A stretch of DNA of 64,000 nt, taken from assembly GCA_050084515.1 (NCBI GenBank), contig CM114271.1:16740001-16804000 (forward strand). The letters run 5' to 3'. This DNA is from Blasia pusilla. Taxonomy: Eukaryota. Numbering within the stretch: position 1 is the first letter of the stretch; every line of letters starts with the position of its first letter. Shown piece by piece: positions 59,272 through 64,000 of the stretch. A model generated the notes under the pieces. The model had not been told where the DNA came from and ran no database searches. It saw only the letters and a program-made list of their open reading frames with translations. The position numbers and the translations under genes were made by a program.

Positions 59272-61983
59272 GCGCAGACGCTAGCCTGCAGCGCATTCTA
59301 TGGCCACAAGAGCAACTCCTTGGGATTCTCCAGGTCCTCTGTACTTGCGCCAGTAACTCTCCAGTCCAGACCTCTCAAAGACGCATCTCCATCGTCACCA
59401 TCTTCATCTTCTTCTGCCAATTCCAGTTCCAGCCAAGGGCGGAAGGTGAGGAGAGTGGCGGTTAGCAAATCAGAGGAGCAGAGGACACCCCCAACTGCAG
59501 AATCCAGCTTTTTGGTGAAATTGGCGTGGTATGGATCAGAAGCATTCGGTAATGCAGTCTCTGTCTTCCGCCCCAAATCGGATGATAGTGAATCGGCAGA
59601 CGCTCCTGGAGAGCAGAAATTTGAAGGGCGAATCGAGAGGTCAGATGCGGTGGAGCTCATCAGAAAGGACTACGATCGTTCCTATTTCGTCACCGGTGTT
59701 TGTCCCCCTCTGGCTCACTCACAGGGAGAGCGACTGCAATGGACTGCTGTTGGAGAGGGGAATCAGAATTGAGTATAGCATTTGCTGGAGCGAATGACTG
59801 CATGTGAGGAGTTGAAACTTGAATGTTGTTGGTGAGGGACAAGGGCCGAGTAGAGAGATTTCTGGAGTCACATGTGAATGGACTGAATTTGAGAACTTGT
59901 CAAAAAGAGAAGAGCACGAGCGGCTGCATTGACTGCTGTTGAGGAAGGGAATCAGAATTGAGGGCTGGAGTCATCAGCAAGTGACTTCACTTGAGGAGTT
60001 GACTGCTGTTGTGGAGGGCAACGGACTGCGTAGGGGCAGCAGTTAGCTGCTGGATTTGAGAAGTTGTCAATGCGAAGGACACGAGTGCTGGAGTTTAGTG
60101 CTGTTGATGAGGGGAGCGAGTGCATGTGACATGTAGTTAACGAGAGGGGCAAAAGTGCCTGCAATGGAGTGGTGTCGGGCTGTGGGGAGAGTAAACAGAA
60201 GTAGTAGAGACTTCCTGGATTCAGTCAATAAGAGGACCTGAAGAATATGTCGTTGTGCCATTATGCAGGAAAAATGGCGACAGGCATCTATGAGGAGAAC
60301 TGCGAGTTTGCAGATCCATTTGTATCGTTCAAAGGATTGAATCGATTCAGACAGAATGTGAGCAATCTCGGCTCCTTCATGGAAGAGTCATCTCTCAAGC
60401 TCACGGATTGGCAGGAGTATGAGGTGGGTGGACAGGAGAAAAACTTCTTGTTGCACTCTTCAAATTCAGACCAGCTAGTGCCTGGATGAAGCACTTTTCA
60501 GATTCAAGGTCCATACGTGTGAGCACAGTTTTCTAGGCTTCTAGGACACTGGATCAACCACTCTTTACTCACGAGTTCTGCATATTTCAGAGGTTTGGCT
60601 AGCCTGGAAGCTCCCTCCCTTCTGTGAATCTTCTTAGATGCGTTGTCTAGGCTTGTAGGTCCATGGATTAAACACTCTTCAGACATGAGTTGTACATATA
60701 GTAGTGGTTACAATAGCTTGCCTGCTCCCTCCCTCATCTCCGTGTGTTGGCCCAGTAACGTAGGTCTGGTAGACATTGGATCAAATACTTTATAGACACG
60801 ACCTCTACAGATCTCAGTTGTCTCGTCTCGCTACCTTGTCTCTGCCTCGGACCCCAATTATATTGTTTGTGTCTGTCCAATGTTTGAGAATCTGGTTCTT
60901 GGTGGGTTCATCCCAGTTCAGTAAAGTGTTCGACTATATTATCCTTAAGTTGTTATTCTGCCCATCCCCTTTTCATTGCATGAGGAATGCTCTCTCACTG
61001 TCACCCAGGCATGAACTAGGATTCTGGGTTGCAATGTTGCAGGACCGAATTTATGCAAGATGGCGGTTCAACTGTGTACTAGCACTTCCCTGGAAGCCAA
61101 TTTTAGCTGGTGAGTCTTTCACCCACTCGACCCAGAGTGTGTCTCTGCCTCGCTCTGGCTGCCTTCGGGATCGCCAGTCTCTTAAAGCTGTAGACATGAT
61201 GTTTGAGAATGTTTATAATGCCCGTTCCAAAGTTGATCGAATCGTCCTGACTTCAAATCTCAAGTGAGAAACGAGATGGAGATCAGGTTGGCCTGAGAAC
61301 ACAGTGAGGGTTTGTGCTTCACTGCCTGTCCTTCAACTTTTCAATGTGGACTGTTACTTGTGCCGAAAAGCTCTTCGTCTTCTTGATCCCACAGGGCAGC
61401 ACTGCAGCAATTATCGGAGTTTGTGGTGGAAGGTGTAGCTTTAGCTTTGCCCAGATGGTCTTGGTAGATTAGCAGTCGTCGGTGAGTGGTGTTGGAAAGG
61501 ACACTAGGAAAAATGAAGGGTGATTAATCTGGTTGTGTTTGTACTTGATGCAGCCACTGGTAGTACGGAGTACTTCTTCAGCAGCGAATCTGGAAAGATT
61601 TACAAGTACACCATCTCCCTTGGGTTTCTCATGCCATTCTTCTCTCATCCTTCATGAGCTGATTCCCTCCCACTAGAGCTTCAACACTCTGGTGGCTTCA
61701 TATCCAATTTCCGATGTCACAGTGTCGCTCCCCAAAAGGCTTCGCTACCAGAGCTCTAATGTTCTGAATCTTCTACTCCCTCTCGATTCAGCTCTGGAAC
61801 TGGTCAAGCCCCATGTCCGGCTTCAATTTTAGATCTTGCTGTGCTTCCCATGGTTTCCCAAATGTCTAGCTTTAAGAGACCCTCATGCCGTGTCTGTCTG
61901 TGTGTAGGCATGTGGAGTCCTGGGACATTTCTCCAGCAGATGGTGTTCGGCAGCTCTTCAAGCCCAATCCACGACTGAAGTGA
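59266..61983 (+). CDS. Plastid-targeted DUF2358 / NTF2-like family protein, 5 exons
   Basis: Exons 59266-59695, 60269-60423, 61043-61109, 61554-61605, 61908-61983 join in frame. Ser-rich transit peptide, then DYDRSYFVTG..IYEENCEFADPFVSFKGLNRF..RWRFNCVLALPWKP..GSTEYFF..HVESWD. Confidence 0.9.
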
Positions 61984-62084
61984 CAACTGTGGAATGAATT
62001 CTGTCAGTATATGTCTTGTTTCCTGAGTCGCTGCCGTTCCATTGCTTCTGTGGGATCAGTTTAATGACCTGGACTATCTGTGAA

Positions 62085-62285
62085 ATTGAGAATACACCAC
62101 AATGTATTGTGCGGTTACCTTCAGGTGTTGACAAACTAATAGATTCCCAGTGCCGAGCTACTATTGGTATAGTTTCTATCTTAATCATGGTAAACGTAAG
62201 CTTAACAAAGCAGGACAAAGCCGGTGGTTAGGCAGACGCCCCGTTGTTCGGGGTGTTGCTATGAATCCAGTTGATCGTCCTCATT
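62085..62285 (+). pseudogene. rpl2: Organellar (probably mitochondrial) rpl2 fragment inserted in the nucleus (NUMT)
   Basis: [65 protein letters not shown] is the uL2 C-terminal domain; one frameshift at ~62177; no start codon or continuation. Confidence 0.88.
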
Positions 62286-64000
62286 GTGTCCTTCCAAACC
62301 ACTCTAGAGCTGTGCAACTCCATGGCGTTGACTGTGTCATGGCTGTGTGATCAGTTTCATGGCCTTCATGCAGATATAATTGTAATTGTGGAATGAATTC
62401 TCTTAGCGTGTATCTTGTTTCCTCACAGTCTATTCCATTCAATGGCTTTCACATTGCAACTGTGGCATCAGTTTCATGACCTTGACAACAATCTATGGGT
62501 CACTTTGGAGAATGGAGAGGGTTGGAGGAAAGTTGATCTATTCCTCTTCCCTTCCCTTCCCTTATCTCATCTACATTGCTCCAAGAAAACTTTCTTCCCA
62601 AACTCTTTTCACTACTCATATTGGAAATTTATCTTTGGCTATCTTTTGTGCCCTTACCTGATGAAAATTCAATATGAAAATATAATCCTTATGAGAATTG
62701 AATATTGGAAGGAAAGTTTCTCAGTTTCTCTTTTCCCCTCCCTTATTGAAAATTCGACCGTCTCTCTAGCCTGTTAAAGGTAAATGCTTTACAAAGAAAC
62801 TCTGAATTTCATTGAAAATTTATCCTTTTTTTCCTTTCCTATTGAAAAGTTCATCCTTATCTATCTTTCTTCGTCTGTTGAAAATCAAACACTTCAAAAT
62901 AGAATACTTAATGAAGTCCTCTTCTTTCCCTCGTATATTGAAAATAAACACTTACAAAAAAAGCCCTTCCTCATGAAAACTTATCCTATCACGAAAATCT
63001 ATCTCGTCTTGTATTATACGAGGACTTCATAAAAAAATTTAAGGATTTCATTTTCAATAAGGGAAAGGAAGAGATAAATATTTAGAAAAGAGGAAAGTTT
63101 TACTTTTTGTAAGATTGTGTTTGCCTGAATAATAAAATAGAGAATAGAAAGAATGATCAATTTTTTTCTATGAATGGAGTGGGGAGATTTTCCAAATGAC
63201 AGACGAATGCTTATAAAATGGAATATTCGGCTAGATCTAATGAATAAAATTAAACTTCATTAACCACATAAAATGAACTTCTTTGTTGAATTGTGGAATG
63301 GTGAACGAAAATTTCACTCCATAATAACCAATTGTCATACATTCTTTCTACTAGAGTTGCGGAGGACTTGAAAAGAAGTTTTCTGAATTTAAAATCTAGG
63401 GTTATATCCATTATAATTCTTAGAACCAAGGATAAGATGGTCTTGTGCCACACAAATCTTGAAAAGAAGGTATTAATAATCATGCTTGGATGTGTTAACA
63501 TTGGTTAGCTGATTTGAGACTTGTGACAACAGGTACTTCTATATGGGGTTCTGAAATCCTAAAATCCATCTCACAAGTGGATACACTTATCTCCAAACTC
63601 AAGTAAACTTTGGTAGTTCAATGGAATTTTGTTTAGAGTGAAAAATAAAAAGTACCAGTTCTAGGTTCATGTGGCATACATGCACAACTCACTATTTAGG
63701 ATAAGATAATAGATATTTGTGTGGATCGTAAGTACCTTTTGTCCTTATCCATGTTAAGAGTGGAAGATCGGGTTCCCTTATTATTTATGTGCATATTCTC
63801 ATTCTTCCACTCCATGAAAAGTGATTTTTTTCTTGTGTATGTAAGTATCTGATATGGTTAGTAGTTGATATAAGACCAAAAATCCAAATAAAAATATAGC
63901 TGGTTAGATATGGTTGAACTTACTTGGAAATTACTCGTTAGATATTACTTGGAAATCACTCGTTATTGGTTGAACTTACTTGGAAATCTATCGTTGTGAT

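Noticed and set aside
63910-63995. Short tandem repeats (tggttgaacttacttggaaat)
   Set aside because: A low-copy local duplication at the window edge with no further structure.

Overview
Eukaryotic land-plant nuclear DNA, probably from a non-seed plant (inferred from gene and TE types). It holds three host genes: an intronless PEX11 (minus strand), a multi-exon C2-GRAM-VASt BAGP1-like gene and a 5-exon plastid-targeted DUF2358/NTF2-like gene. PEX11 is separated from the other two by a ~38 kb retrotransposon cluster. The cluster contains a full-length decayed Ty1/Copia element (5-bp TSD) and several copies of an unusual Ty3/Gypsy family. That family (i) encodes a DNMT3-like C5 cytosine methyltransferase inside pol between protease and RT, and (ii) has a PHD finger after the DDE integrase. 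It also (iii) has split, circularly permuted terminal repeats (B'-internal-PPT-A'-nn-B-A, TG...CA ends, 4-bp TSD), and (iv) in the best-preserved copy lacks a tRNA PBS but has a 14-nt site complementary to the predicted transcript 5' end, as in Tf1-type self-priming. Smaller items: a mitochondrial rpl2 fragment (NUMT), a 65-bp-arm near-perfect hairpin, a tRNA-like segment inside a MITE-like element, tandem repeats and (GA)n microsatellites. All calls come from reading the sequence by eye; no searches were run.
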